From NCBI RefSeq assembly GCF_006345805.1, contig NW_021833037.1, positions 24,168 through 88,167 on the forward strand: DNA of 64,000 bases, in the 5' to 3' direction. The position numbers and the translations under genes were made by a program. This document shows positions 26,463 to 39,680 of the stretch, piece by piece (the first letter of the stretch is position 1; each line of letters opens with the position of its first letter). This DNA comes from Octopus sinensis (Eukaryota). The notes beneath the pieces were generated by a model. That model was not told the origin of the DNA, did no database searches, and worked only from the letters and a program-made list of their open reading frames with translations.

Positions 26463-29400
26463 CAGTAGTTTTATTTTATAGCGTGCTTTCACATCACTAC
26501 CGAGCGCAGCTCTGTGTGCCTTGGGTATGTGCTGTGATTTGTTGTGATGCTCTGATGGTTATTGTATGGAAAGTGTTCTGCGTAGGATGTGTGCAGTGCC
26601 TTGTAGTGCAATTTTCTGTATGTTATATGTGTTTGTAAGTCCTGGCGTTTTTGTTATGTATTTGTCTGAATATTTTTTTATCATGCCTAATGCACCTACT
26701 ATGATAGGAATCGTTTCTGTTTTCAGATTCCACATTCTAGTTACCTCTATTTCCAGGTCTTTGTATTTTGAGAGTTTCTCCATTTCTTTTAGAGACACGT
26801 TGACATCTGCCGGTATTGATACATCAATTAGAAAGTATTTTTTTTCTTCATGATCTCTGACAACTATATCTGGCCTGTTGGCCTTAATTTCTCTATCTGT
26901 GTGTATCAGCATATCCCAGAGTATGGTTGCTTTCTCGTATTCTGTGACCTTTTCTGGTGTGTGCCTATACCATCTTTTTTCTGTTGTTATTCCATAATGT
27001 TGGCATAGCTTCCAGTGTATGTAGGTTCCAACTCTGTCATGTCTGTGATATATTCCTTCTTAGCCAGGACTGGGCAGCTAGAGATAATATGATTTATTGT
27101 TTCTTGTCCATCTCCACATATTCTGCAGTTACTTGTTATATTTCTTTTCATTACATGTTTTTGGTAATTTCTGGTGGGGAGGCTTTGGTCTTGTGCTGCA
27201 ATTAAAAATCCCTCTGTTTCTGCTTTGAGTCCTGAGCTTCTCAACCATTGCTGGGATTTTTCTTTGTCTATTTCTTTTGCGTTTAGTTTAGTCCAGTATT
27301 TACCATGAAGGGGCTTTTCTTGCCATCGTTTTATCATGGTTCGTTGCTGTTCTATTTTTAGTTTGGATTTCATTTGTTTTATAGCTTTTGTTGTTTCTTC
27401 ATCTTCTTCTTCTTCTTCATGTTTATTAGGTGGTATGATTTCTTGTTTGTATTCGTCAGCTTCCTTAAATACTGAGAACAGTGTTTTGTTTTGCTCGTGT
27501 TTTGCCGCTATCTGGATCAGTTTTCCTTCCTTCTGAAGTAGATATTTTTGCAGTCCTATGGTGGTTATTTTATAGTAGTTTTCCAGGTGTATAAGGCCTC
27601 TACCACCTTCTATACGTTGTATATATAGTCTTTCTATGTCAAATTTTGGGTGATGCATCGTCGATCCTGTCATTATTTTTCTTGTTTTCCTATCTATTTT
27701 GGTCAGTTCATTTCGTGTCCAGTTAAGGATATTGTAGCTGTAACTTATAACTGGGACAGCTAAAGTGTTGATACCTATTATCTTGTTTTTAGCATTGAGC
27801 TCTGTTTTTAGTATTGATCTAACTCGTCTATAATATTCTTTTTTTATTTTCTCTTTCATTTGTGTGTGTTGTGTCTTATCTAGTTCATGGATTCCTAAGT
27901 ATTTGTAAGTTTGGCTTTGGTCTAATTCTTTTATTTCATTAGTTTTATCTAGTGTGATGTTGCTACTCTTAACTAGTTTTCCTTTTTTCATGGTTACTTT
28001 GGCGCATTTTTCTAATCCAAATTTCATATCTATTTCTTTGGTAAATCCATGAACTGTCTTTAATAGTGTTTCCAGCTGTTTGTCATTTGCAGCGTATAGT
28101 TTTAGGTCATCCATATATAAAAGGTGGCTGATCGTTTTGCCGTAACATTTATATCCGCATCCAGTTCTATTTAGTATATCAGATAGAGGTGACAGTGCCA
28201 AGCAGAAAAGGAGTGGAGAGAGCGTGTCTCCCTGGAATATTCCTCTTCTAATGGGGATGTCTTTGGTTTTCATGAGTCCCTCTTTTGTTTGGAGGTGTAG
28301 GACTGTTTGCCATTTATTCATAGAGTGCTCTATGAATTTTATGATTGTTGGTGCTACTTTGTTAATGGCTAGTGTTTCGAGGATCCATGTGTGGGGGATG
28401 CTATCAAACGCCTTTTTGTAGTCAATCCAGGCCATACTGAGGCCTTTCTTCTTTCTGTGGTTGTCTTCAGTTATGGCTTTATTAATCATTAGTTGATCTT
28501 TACAGCCATATAAGCCTTTGCGGCATCCTTTCTGCTCTTCTGGGAACAGTTTGTCTTCGTCCAGGTGTTTGTTCAACCTTTGCGATATCACTGCAGTAAA
28601 CGCCTTGAACATTGTAGGGAGACAGGTTATTGGTCTGTAGTTTTCTGGTTTTGCTGTCTCATTTGAATTGGGAATTAAGATGGTTTTCCCCTTCCTGAGC
28701 CATTCAGGCATTGCCTCTGGCTCTGCTAGTATGTTGTTAAAGTTTTCAGCCAGCTTTTTGTGCATTTCTGTTAGATATTTCAACCAGAAGTTGGGGATCT
28801 TGTCATGCCCAGGTGCCTTCCACTTGCTTAGTCTTTGCAGTGCCTGGGTGACCTCTTCAGTTGTTATGGGGGTCCAAAGTTGTTCAGATGCCGAGTTTGT
28901 TATTTTGATACTCCTTTTTTTTGGTTGTTCGTTCGCCGACCATATTTCTCTCCAGAATTCTTCCAATTCTTCTGCCGTTGGTGCTGCAGTTATTTCTATT
29001 TTATTTTTGCCAAGTTCTTGGTAGAACTTTTTGGGGTTGGAGTTGAACTTTTTGTTTTGTTCAAAGAAGCACTGGCGTTTCTCGTACCGGCGGATCCTTT
29101 GTGCTTTGGCAAGGATATCTTGCTTCAGCTTTTCTTTTATCTCAGGTAAATCTTTCTCTGTGATGTTATATTTGCGGAGTATTTTTGTTTTCTTTTTGTT
29201 GCTCAGTAGCGTTGATTGTTTGCTGATTTCATTAATAATCGACAGATCTTTTCTCATTTTTTGTATTTTGTTTTGGATGTTATTTATCCACAGGGTTTGT
29301 TTGGGTGGTGGTACTCCTGTTTGGATGGGTTTGAGTGAGTATCCAGCTTCTTTTGTGGCTGCAGTGGCTGCTGCGTATACTAAGTCATTTAGCTCAGTGA

Positions 29401-29776
29401 TATCGCTTTTTGTTTCAGTGGCTATTAGTTCCGTGACGGTTAGGTTTATGCTGTTTATAATTGGTGTTGTTGTTTCGTCTATTTTGATTCTTGGGAGGTA
29501 TGGTCGGTGGTCCATTTTGAGCTCTGTGGTTTTCAGTTCTTTGATTATTTTACTTTTTATATTATCATAATCATTAGGCTCCCCTTCGTTGTTTACATCG
29601 TGTTTGTTGGGAATGTTACGTTTGTTTTCGTGTTTTAATGTTTCAGTGTTTATATTACTGGGCATTGTTGTGTGGCTTCTATCTACATTTTCCTGGTATA
29701 TTTTTTCTTTTAGATGTTCTATTTCTATTTCTGATATTTTTTTTGTGTTGAGAATGTATCTTCGTACGTTAGCTAA
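26463..29776 (-). mobile_element. R4/Dong-clade LINE family A, young, 5'-truncated, RT + CCHC + REL endonuclease
   Basis: 892-aa ORF 26987-29665 (YMDDLKLY; CRICGDGQETINHIISSC), one frameshift near 27050, then RPDIV/IDV endonuclease; flanked by (AAT)n. Confidence 0.95.
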
Positions 29777-29812
29777 ATTATTATTATTATTATTATTATT
29801 ATATTATTATTA

Positions 29813-29846
<34 letters not shown>

Positions 29847-29849
<3 letters not shown>

Positions 29850-29915
29850 ATCACTGGTTGGAATCAAACTCGGCATCTTGGGTTTAGTAGCCCGCGCTCT
29901 TAACCACTACGCCAT
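29847..29915 (-). mobile_element. Isolated tRNA-like SINE head directly followed by (AAT)n
   Basis: Minus strand TGGCGTAGTGGTTAAGAGC...GAGTTTGATTCC (A and B boxes), then AAT repeats. Confidence 0.7.
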
Positions 29916-30589
29916 TGTCTCCTCTCCCATCCCCCCACACACACACTCTTGTCTGCAAAACCTTCTCTATTTCTATCTGCCTCTCTCTCTTTCTCTCACT
30001 CTCTCTGCCCATCCGACGCCTTTCTCCTTTTACTATCTCCCTTCCTTCCTATGTCCATCTCTATCAACTACCCATTGTCTATACTTATTCCCATTTTTCT
30101 TCCCCCTGCACTCCCTCTTTCTTCCTACCTGTTCTTCCCCAACCTTCTCTGCTCCTCTCTGTTGGTCTTTCTTCCTTCACTTTTTCGTGCCACGTCCAGT
30201 GTTTTTATCACCCGTTGGTTTACTACTCAACCAGAGCCCAGGTAGGACGTTACTATGGAGCCAGGTACCTTTATGTCTGTGGCTTTTCATTAGCTAACAT
30301 TGCCGAAAATTTGCAAACTTAAAAGCTATAAACTGTTTATTTTCTCAATTTATAAAGAAAATTAATTTCATATCAATATCTAGCGTACAAAATTACATCA
30401 ATACACCAAATTTGAACTCAATTAGAACAAAATTGAGGGAGTTGAAAAGCTGAAGACAAATATAAAAGATCCTTGTTCTCTTTTAGCGTTACTTCTACGC
30501 ATATCTTAAAGCTGTTTTATGGCCGAAAGCCTTCCATGTGTATGTTTATAACAAATAAATGTCGACTTTCATTTTTTATGTCTTGTGCG

Positions 30590-30910
30590 TGACTGATTAT
30601 GAACTGGTTGATCACCCTCCCAATTTTAGTGATTTGGCCCCATCTGATTATCATGTGTTTCCCAACAGGAAGAACAGGAAGAACACATAGCCAGGAAGCA
30701 ATATAACAGTGATGAAGACGTCTTATCTGTTGCTGATGACTTTTTAGATCAACAGGATGGCTTCTTCACCAGTGCGATCCAAACAGTGCAACACTAATGA
30801 AAGAAATGTGTGGACCGTAAAGGGGATGTTTTTTTTAAAGGAACTTCATTTCGTCACACTCCATAAAAGTATCTTAATCACTTTATGAACTTTTCAGCCG
30901 ACCCTTATAA
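30590..30910 (+). mobile_element. Mariner transposase C-terminal remnant
   Basis: HPPNFSDLAPSDYHVF corresponds to the HPPYSPDLAPSDY motif. Confidence 0.75.
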
Positions 30911-31969
30911 TAATAATTTTTTTTTATATATCTGTGTTTGTTTTGATATTAACATTGAAAAAAATCTGCTCGGTTCGTAAAAAAAAATTGGCCCTGGGTT
31001 TGCACTGGATCACTGACCCACTGGGCAACGACAGAAATACCTGAAAGACCAACTCCCCAAAGCATTAGAATTTTTGATCTTGAATTTTGATTAAACAGAT
31101 GTGGAAATTGAAAGTCTTGGCATTGACAAATATTTGGTGTTGTCATTTGACGTAATGCACAGAGAAATAAGGCCGGCATTCAACAGCTTTGAACAATCTA
31201 GACCAAGTTCTTAGCTTCTTATTAGAAGTAGAATAATGATCCGAAACAAAAGATTAATAGATTGCTCTTCAACATTCATTACATACAACATAAAATATCC
31301 GATATCCAACGACCATATATTCAAAAATGAGAGTTTAGTTTAGGAATTTTGATTGTTTAGGCATTATGTATAAAGGCAGTTGTCAATGTTCCTCCTCAGA
31401 AGAGAGCATGCTACATGCCCTTGTGGACTATGATCCTACAAAACGGCAGTAGATCTATTATCACGCCAGAGATAAAATAGAAAATAAGATTAGATTAAGA
31501 ACTATTAAAATCTAAACCTATGACAACAGCAAAACGCAAAGACGACGATTATAGTGAACAAGGCACAGATACGCCTTTCTCTCTTTCTTTCTCTCCCCAT
31601 CTCTCTCTCTCTCTCTCTCCCTCTCTCACTGTCCCTCACTCTTTCTCTCTTTATTGAAAGTTTTATTGAAAGCCTTGTAACCAGCAACACTTTTGTTCAT
31701 AAAATCGCTATAAAATGAATAATAAATAGCCTTCCAATTGATTAATGTTGTCAATTAATCAATGATTATTTGTTAATCGCAATTAAATGGAAAAAACAAA
31801 ACAGAGTCAATCCTTGGTTTATATCATACCATTGTAAATGAATATATTGAACAAAGGACGTTTAACATTATCAATATCACCTAAGTGCATCTCGGAGTTG
31901 TAAACAAGGTAACACCAGAACAGGATACTGTAAAACAGGTCAACACTCTTTAATATACTGTAGTAAAAA

Positions 31970-32190
31970 GTTGACGAGCTGGCAGAGTCGTTGGTGTGAT
32001 GGACAAATATACTTAGCGGCATTTCGTTCGTCTCTACGTTCTGAGTTCAAATTCCGCCATGGTCGACTTCACCATTTATCGTTTGTGGGGATGATAGAAA
32101 TAAGTCCCAGTTGAACACGGGGGTTCATGTAATCGATTTCCATTCTCCTCCTCCGAAATTGCTGGGCTTGTGCCACAATTTGAAACCAAT
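31970..32190 (+). mobile_element. Degenerate tRNA-SINE
   Basis: TGGCAGAGTCG A-box-like motif and GAGTTCAAATTCC B box. Confidence 0.6.
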
Positions 32191-32364
32191 ATACCTTAGT
32201 GACAATGGCAGCGAATTGATAGAAACGATGAGTTAATGCCCGTTATCACATTCCTCTACGTCTGCTTTTCAAATTTGGTTGAACTCGATTTTATCATTTA
32301 TCCCAGCAGAGTCGATAATATAAGAATCAGTCATACAATTCAAACGATTGTTGCCAGTTCACCC

Positions 32365-32652
32365 ATGCTTGCATGCATGCATGTATGTATGTATGTATGT
32401 ATGTATGTATGTAGTATGTATGTATGTATGCATACATGTATGTATGTATGTATGTATGTATGTTGCATGTATGCATGCATGTATGTATGTATGTATGTAT
32501 GTATGTATGTATGTATGTATGTATGTATGCATGTATGCATGCATGCATGTATGTATGTATGTATGTATGTATGTATGTATGCATGTATACATGCATTATG
32601 TATGTATGTATGTATGTATGTATGTATGTATGTATGTATGTATGTATGTATG
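32365..32652. repeat. (TATG)n tract with CATG variants
   Basis: Direct reading of the sequence. Confidence 0.95.
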
Positions 32653-32949
32653 CCTCTTCTGTATTTAATCATTTAAATTCATCCTCTGAAGAAGGAGCTT
32701 GTTTCTCAACAAATATACAAAGCTCCATGGTGGATAACGAAAACAATGCCACATTTTAAACCTGAGAAAAATCTTGCATAGTTTGCTGTTCCGTTTATAG
32801 ATTATATTTGTACTGTTGATTTCTTTTTCTGAAAATCTAAGCTTATCCAAACTGACAGATAAGTATTTATTTTCGAAAATCAAGTGCTCCAGTTATTGGG
32901 ATAAATGTAAATTTGTAATCCGGATATACAAGCTGGAGGTTTCGGAGCA

Positions 32950-33950
32950 GTTGTCCATAGTTATCTTCTTTTTCTTTAATTTTCAAAGAGATATTCACAT
33001 CAGCAGGACAGCTGCCCTCTACCTAACGGAGACCACCTCTACCTACAATGAAAACAAGGTGGCAGAGACTTAACATCGATCCAGACTGCCTTTGAATGTC
33101 GTATTAAAATCCTTTCAGCAACATCTTTTAACCACCATGTGTTGAAGTGCATCACTTGACCAAATTTGCATACACGAGACAGATAACACTCTTTGTCTGA
33201 TAACCTAGAATACATGTCCAAAGATGTCGCACGACTCTACCGCAACATATCATCAAATGAAAGGATGCGCGTATATCAGCAGAAGATCATGCATGGATAT
33301 GTTAGCAGAAAACTTCGGGATGATAGTAACATTGATCATAAAAGCAATCTACCATGGACCAACGACCGGACTGCAAACTCTCACACTGACCGCTATGCTT
33401 TTGCAATTCAAGAATAGGAAGTATCAGTCAAATGCTTGATGCACAAAAGGTTCAAAGACGCTGGTAAAATACCAAATATGATAAACGATGCAGACTTTCT
33501 GGAGTTAACACCATGCTGTCACCCACATCATAAGCAGTTGTTCGAAAACGTCATCGCAGTATTATCAACCGATGTGATATGATGTGACTAAGACACTGTA
33601 TAACAAAATCCGTCGGAAAGATAACTCTGAGCCCAAAGAAATAAGAATCCACAGTTTGGTAGAGGTGATAGCCACTCATAATAAGAAGGAGTATTGATGG
33701 AATGTCCCAGTGAAAAGCCTCAATAAAATTTAAGCATAATAGGACTGACATAGTGATTTGGGATGGAAAAGAGAAACTGTGTACAGTTGTGGAAATTAGC
33801 TGTTCAGCGGATGTTAACATAAAGATCAGCGAAAAAGAGAATACCTACGCTGAATTATTGAAAAATTTACTGTTATTCTACCCCGATTAAGTTCAGGTTT
33901 ATATCTCTAATTATTGCGGTACAGGAATATATAACACATTGCCTAAGTAC
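32950..33950 (+). mobile_element. Old REL-endonuclease LINE 3' remnant
   Basis: FAIQE, CRL...HIISSC and HNRTDIVIWD...EISC motifs across broken frames. Confidence 0.7.
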
Positions 33951-34439
33951 CGAGAAAGTTGAAACAGAAAGATGTGGCTTGTGATATGGCTGTTTTGCTA
34001 CTGACTAGTGTTTGAAGCTTGCCCTATTTTTATAGACGAGTTCATGGCTCAAAATAGTATACGTTTTGAATCGGATTTGGTTGATAGAGGATAGTCACAT
34101 GACTGGTCTTAGAAACGGATATATATATATATATATATATCTTAGAAAAATTTTAGGTACCCTGCTACGTGTGTGTGTGTTGGGATCAAGTGACAATGTT
34201 TGGCGCCGTAAGTTACGGCTGACACGGGTTGATTGAACATGTCTAAACGATCAATGCTTCGAATGTTTTCTGTCAAGTGTTTGAAGAGAATGAACACGTG
34301 ATTAAGTTTAGAATATTTTCTACATTCCCTGCTACGTCCGTGCGTTAGTGTCACGCGACATTATATTTTGTACAAAAGGTTTCTCTATATTATGACATCA
34401 GTAATCTAAGAATTACTAGATTAAGACTTGACTAATTCG

Positions 34440-35720
34440 TAAAATTTACATTCATTTTGCATGAAATAATAGTCATTTCGAAAATTAAACTGCTCTAAGG
34501 CGTTCTACATCGAGTATTTGAATATTATCTGTGAAGACTTCTTTGGATATTGAGTAACTTCTGAATTGAATGACCGGTCCAGACGCGTTTTCCACTATTC
34601 GAAGCAGTCCTGCAATTCGTGATGTCTTTTATCGCCTCCATCGTTTTTTGCTTTTTTTTCTTCAAATCATTCACATTTGCAAAGTGTTTTTCTTTGAGGA
34701 CTTTTTTCTTTCGGGGTAACAAAAAAATATTACAGGGAGCAAGACCGGGGCAACAAGGAGGGTGGGTAATCAGAGTCATGCCATTTTTGGTCAAAAACTG
34801 ACTCACACTGAAGGCGGTGTCCGAAATTTCTTTGTCGTGATGAGACCACACCTCTCCACTTCTGCCACGGGTCGGAACGATTTCGTCTCGTCGTGCCTCG
34901 CAAACGCTTCAGAACTACCAAGCAAAATGTCTGGTTAACAGTTTGACTAGGAGGAACAAATACTGTGCGGACAATTCATTTCGCATAAATGAAACAATCA
35001 GCATCGTCTTGAAGTTGGCCTTCACTTGACGCACTTTTGTAGGGCGTGGTGATATTAATGCTTCCATTGACTTGAGTACCCTATCGCTTCCGGGTTGTAG
35101 CTATAGCACCAGCTTTCGTCACTAGTGATGGCCTTCTTTAAAAAAGTTTCGGATCAACTTCCAACTGTTCTTTCACTTTGCGACACGCATTTAGTCGCGA
35201 CTGATTTTGATCTTCCGTGAGCAAGTGAGGCACATATTTTGCTGCAACTCTTTCATTCACAATTCCTCGCTCAAAGCTCATTGGCAGGAGCTCCAAGACA
35301 CACCAGTTATATCAACACGTTCATCAATTGTTCGGCAACGGTCCTCTAAGACCAGTTCATGAATTTTCGTGATGTTTTCATTCGTTCAAGAGGTCGACGG
35401 TCGCCACGAACGAGGTTGGTCTTCAAGCGACAAATGACCGTTCCTAAAGCGTGAAAACCTACTCGCAAAATTGTGTTTTGCTCATCGCAGCGTCCTTGAA
35501 AGATGCTTGAAGCATGACAACTGTTTCGGCCGCCGTTTTCCCCAGCAAAAACCAAAATTTCTCGGAAGCACGATGTCCCTTCGTTTCATCCATCGCAGTC
35601 ATCGACGAACAGGGAGAAGTACTGCAAATAAAGACGCACCACGTGACAGAACGACTTTTGACAACGACGCGAGTCGGCAGGCGGGCCTGAGGGACGCATC
35701 AAGTGGCTTCTAGAGGTAGA
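34440..35720 (-). mobile_element. Degenerate near-full-length mariner
   Basis: N-terminal HTH (GRPS-like, KIHELVLEDRCRT), ITSDESWCYSYNPE, HHD, THPPCCPGLAPC. Confidence 0.8.
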
Positions 35721-35779
35721 AGCTTAAACTATAGCGGGTGTGTCCCACAGACAACGTTTCCGTTTACCCCTTCGTATTG

Positions 35780-37090
35780 ATGTTCACAAATAGTTATGAT
35801 GGTGCCACTGTCATGAGCGGAGGAATCGCTGGTATTCAAGCGAAATTGCGTAGCTAAGCCCCATTTGCAACTTGTGACAGCTTCCACCAACAGAACCTAG
35901 ATGTAGATAACTTCATAACAAAATGTAAAGGCTATCGGGGATTTTTCGTCATACAGCAGCAACTTTACCTGTTTATGGATCGATTCAGAGTGCATCAGTA
36001 AAAACAAGTACTTACAGGAAGAAAAACGAGGATAACCAGCAGAGAAGAAAATCTTCTCCTATATACGATGGGCCAGTCAGCGGGTACTGTGCTATGCTGT
36101 TCATTATGAGCTTTCATTTATTGACATTCTCCCTCATTTCAGTGAGGTTATCAAGTCATGGGAGAGGCAAATTAAAGAGGAATGTTTCTGTAACGTTTGT
36201 CTATGAAAGTTTGCGCTCTCGTCTTCGCTAAACAGGTTTTAATTCAAATCAAGTCTTTAGCAAAAATATTACAAATCTTCACTGCTGTGACTACAGCAAC
36301 AGAAATGGTATCCAGTTAAACATCTTCATGTCAAACGAAACGAAAGTTCTGCAGCCTCCGATAAGTAATACATCAGTGAAGTTATTAATGTCACCCCCGC
36401 TGACTCGGTAAACCTAATCTGCGAGGCAAATCACCACAGCAGGAGGGTCTCATCGGTCAGTGAGAGTGTTGAAAGTCGGCTGAAAATTAATAAAGGAATG
36501 CCATCAATTTTCACAAATGAGACCGTCATTCTTATATTGAACCACAATTGCTTAGAGTTCCGACACCAATTTTCGGCATAAAATGGTGATATCATGATAA
36601 CCTCTCTTACCTTATTTCTTTATTGCCCACAAAGGGTCATGATAAACCTCTCTTATCTTACTCGCTAAATTCCCCAGTTCTGAATATGGTTTGTCTCAAA
36701 TTCATAGCAAATACATTTCAACTGAACTTGGATACCCCTGATATCAGAATGCCACTATGCAAAGCGACTCATCGGTGGAAGTGACACATTTTGATCTCAT
36801 TAACCGATTTACTTGAGATTTTGAATCTCTCTATGGATTCCTCGTTTGAACTGATCGAACTGCTGCAAGAAGATGTAACTGCCTGTAAGCACACGGCAGG
36901 CTATGAATGAATACTTTCTCAAGCTGTGGATGATCAAGTCTTATCTGAAAATTTCCGTGGTAGACAATAAACCGGACAATTCATGCCCAAATATAATGAA
37001 TAAATGGTGTGATGAAAACCTGAATCTTGAAGACATCCTCCTTCGTTTTGCGACACAACAACGAAAAGAGAATCACTTTCGAGGAGTTCG
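35780..37090 (+). mobile_element. Degenerate hAT transposase remnant
   Basis: YDGATVMSGGIAGIQAKL and a dimerisation-domain-like end (FLKLWMIKSYL...NLEDILLRFA). Confidence 0.65.
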
Positions 37091-38097
37091 TATTTTCATA
37101 ATTTATAATAGATGAGGCTAACTTTTTATCTGTGACATTTCAATCTCATTCAGAAGTTGACTGTAAATAAATTTGATTTATTCAATTAAAATTTTAATTA
37201 TTATTTATATAAAATCTTTGCCCGTAATTTTTTAACTAATACTGACTGTGCGATTGGGTCTCCACTGCCCCAGAACATTAATCCTCTGAAATTCAATCCC
37301 TGATACCATTTTCCCTACAGATATTAACACACAAATCTTCAAACTAAGCATTAACCGTATCGATCTCGCCAATCCATAAAGTCTTGCAAACGCCATGTCT
37401 AACGCCATCTCCCCTCTTCACCAAACTATAAACAAAGAATCCAATATTAATCTAAAACTTAACAAATGAAAACAAAAGGAACATTTTTACGACATTTATG
37501 GTCAATATTTCAATTTATGTTTTTCACTGCGAAAACTGTTTTAACCTTTCGATAACCTGAAAGAAATCGTGGGTCTACTGAGTTTACGATCAAATTTCTA
37601 TTAGATTTCGTTTTCCGTATAATTGATTTCATATTTTGGTTTAACCTATACTTCGTTTAATTTGTACTTCATAAAAGTTTTCGAAGTTACTTTCCTCAAT
37701 TTGTATTTTTCTTTTTTTAGTTTGAATAACAAATCCTTTCACTTTTGAAGGGAAATCAATTAAATGCAATTATCTTATCTCATATATTATTTAGATGATG
37801 AGTAAGAAGTGTTACGTTTTGAAATCAAATGTTGTCCCGGTTAACTTAGTGTTTCATTCTTTGAAGGTCGATAAAATAACACCCAATTGCTTCATTGGTA
37901 CTCAGGTAAATCTTATAAATCGTCCAATGTGTGAAAGGTTTTCTAAGAGAAGACTAATTTAGAACGAAAAACGTTAGCAATAAAAATAAATTAACAAAAG
38001 AATTATCTGAATTAAATTGACTTTATTCGCGAAGAAATACACATTTTATCAGATAGAATTATTATTAGCAAACGTGATCCGTTGAAGTCTTGCTCAC

Positions 38098-38333
38098 ATT
38101 TCATGGAGAAGTAAATAATTTTGGGGTGAATTCCATTAAAGTTCAGATCAGTTTCTTTAGTAGACACTTAGTGTTAGTATATGAAAAGGCGGTACATGTA
38201 GAAGATACCATACATAAACGTGAACAATCCAAGACCGAGCGGGCATACATTTGAGCCTCGATTACAAGGTTGTGATATGGATTTGGTTTGAAGGAAAAAG
38301 TTGAATAAGCTGTCTGGCCATTAATTTCTTTTT
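38098..38333 (-). pseudogene. PAN/Apple exon C with a 1-nt deletion (pseudo-exon or sequence error)
   Basis: Acceptor tttttctattgcag|, donor |gtgagc; KEINGQTAYSTFSFKPNPYHNLVIEAQMYARSVLDCSRLCMVSSTCTAFSYTNTKCLL, then with +1 A: KETDLNFNGIHPKIIYFSMK; length 236 = 237-1. Confidence 0.65.
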
Positions 38334-38870
38334 CTGCAATAGAAAAAATGGAAAGAGGAAACACAAGAAATATAAGAGCATAAATGAAATTATTTCTCTT
38401 CATTGACAAGGTACAAGGGAAACGAATAGATAGGGTCTATTAATTCGATAGATCGATGTTATTAATGTTCCGTTTGGACATCTTTAAGTTAGTGTGAACA
38501 GGGAGTGAGTTCCTGAGTGTTGCATAATCTAGAAAGGAAGGATTGGGGATAATAATTGATGGGGGATCTGGCTGGTGAAATAGCATGTATGACAGAAGGA
38601 GAAGGGGTATATTGCTGGTTATCTCAGAGGTAGAGTCGTTCTCGTATTACCAGCGAGATGCATTAAGGTATTTCTGAGCAAGTTAGTAATGAAGCGTGTT
38701 GAGATGTTTAATGACAGAGATGTTTAATGACAGGATTAATATTAACCCATCTGCCAGATTTTAAATGTACTTGTGTGTTAGTTTTACTACATCTTTTTGC
38801 AAGACTATTATTACGGTGATGAACTTGCATACCAAGTGACCTGATCTGAGATCGTGTGCTAGAACGAAAA

Positions 38871-39060
38871 CAATTGCAGTGTGGAAGGTGTTTATAAGCC
38901 ATTTAAGAAACACACAAAATCCGTTAGATTCACTTCAACATTTAAATTTAATTAGTCAAAATATTTTCGTCGCTTTCCGACCGTGACCTCTTCACTGACA
39001 AAATCCCGTGCTGCAGTGTGTTTCTTAAATGGCTTATAAACACATTCCACGCTGCAATTG
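38871..39060. repeat. 45-bp inverted repeat enclosing a hammerhead-like motif (Penelope-LTR-like)
   Basis: Arms 38871-38915 and 39016-39060, 2 mismatches. Confidence 0.75.
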
Positions 39061-39575
39061 TATTAATTATTTATTTATTTATTATCTATTTAACTAAAAA
39101 TTAAGACGCTAAGTAGAAATAATCATGAAATGAAGAAGAAGAAAGCGATATTTATAAATTTCTTTATTTTTTGCGTTGCGGAAGAAAGAGATATTTAAAA
39201 TTTTCAGTTTTGTTCGGCGTGCACTGGAGACAGAAGATCGATGAATTAAAGATCAGGAACAAGACACAGAATCAAAGAACACTAAAAATAAACAACTAAA
39301 TAAAAATGGTCTTACTATTAACGAAATAATAGGAGCCGAAAGCACATCCTACGGAGCTGATGTCCTTCAATGTATATGACTGACTGAAATTATTCCAAAG
39401 TTCTGAAATGGAAAAAGATGATGTAAGAACGCAGAAACTATGATCCACGGATTGTACCGTAATCTTTTCCGGAATACGGACTGTGATCGTAAGAAATACG
39501 TGATTTGTGAAAACTCGCGTAGCGCTGCATTAAAATATTTATAAAGTCCGTCTATGAAATATAATTAGTAATACG

Positions 39576-39660
<85 letters not shown>

Positions 39661-39680
39661 GTGTGTGTGTGTGTGTGTGT
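39576..39680. repeat. (TG)n microsatellite
   Basis: Direct reading of the sequence. Confidence 0.95.

Noticed and set aside
38143-38409. Single-exon secreted PAN mini-protein with signal peptide
   Set aside because: The apparent signal peptide coincides with a polypyrimidine tract and CAG acceptor in the same phase as the other PAN exons.
39395-39545. C-type-lectin-like ending (NTDCDRKKYVICE) on the + strand
   Set aside because: It has two in-frame stops upstream, and the DNA is homologous to minus-strand 20413-20510 and 56083-56180, where this reading is not kept; it is better explained as a decayed dispersed repeat.
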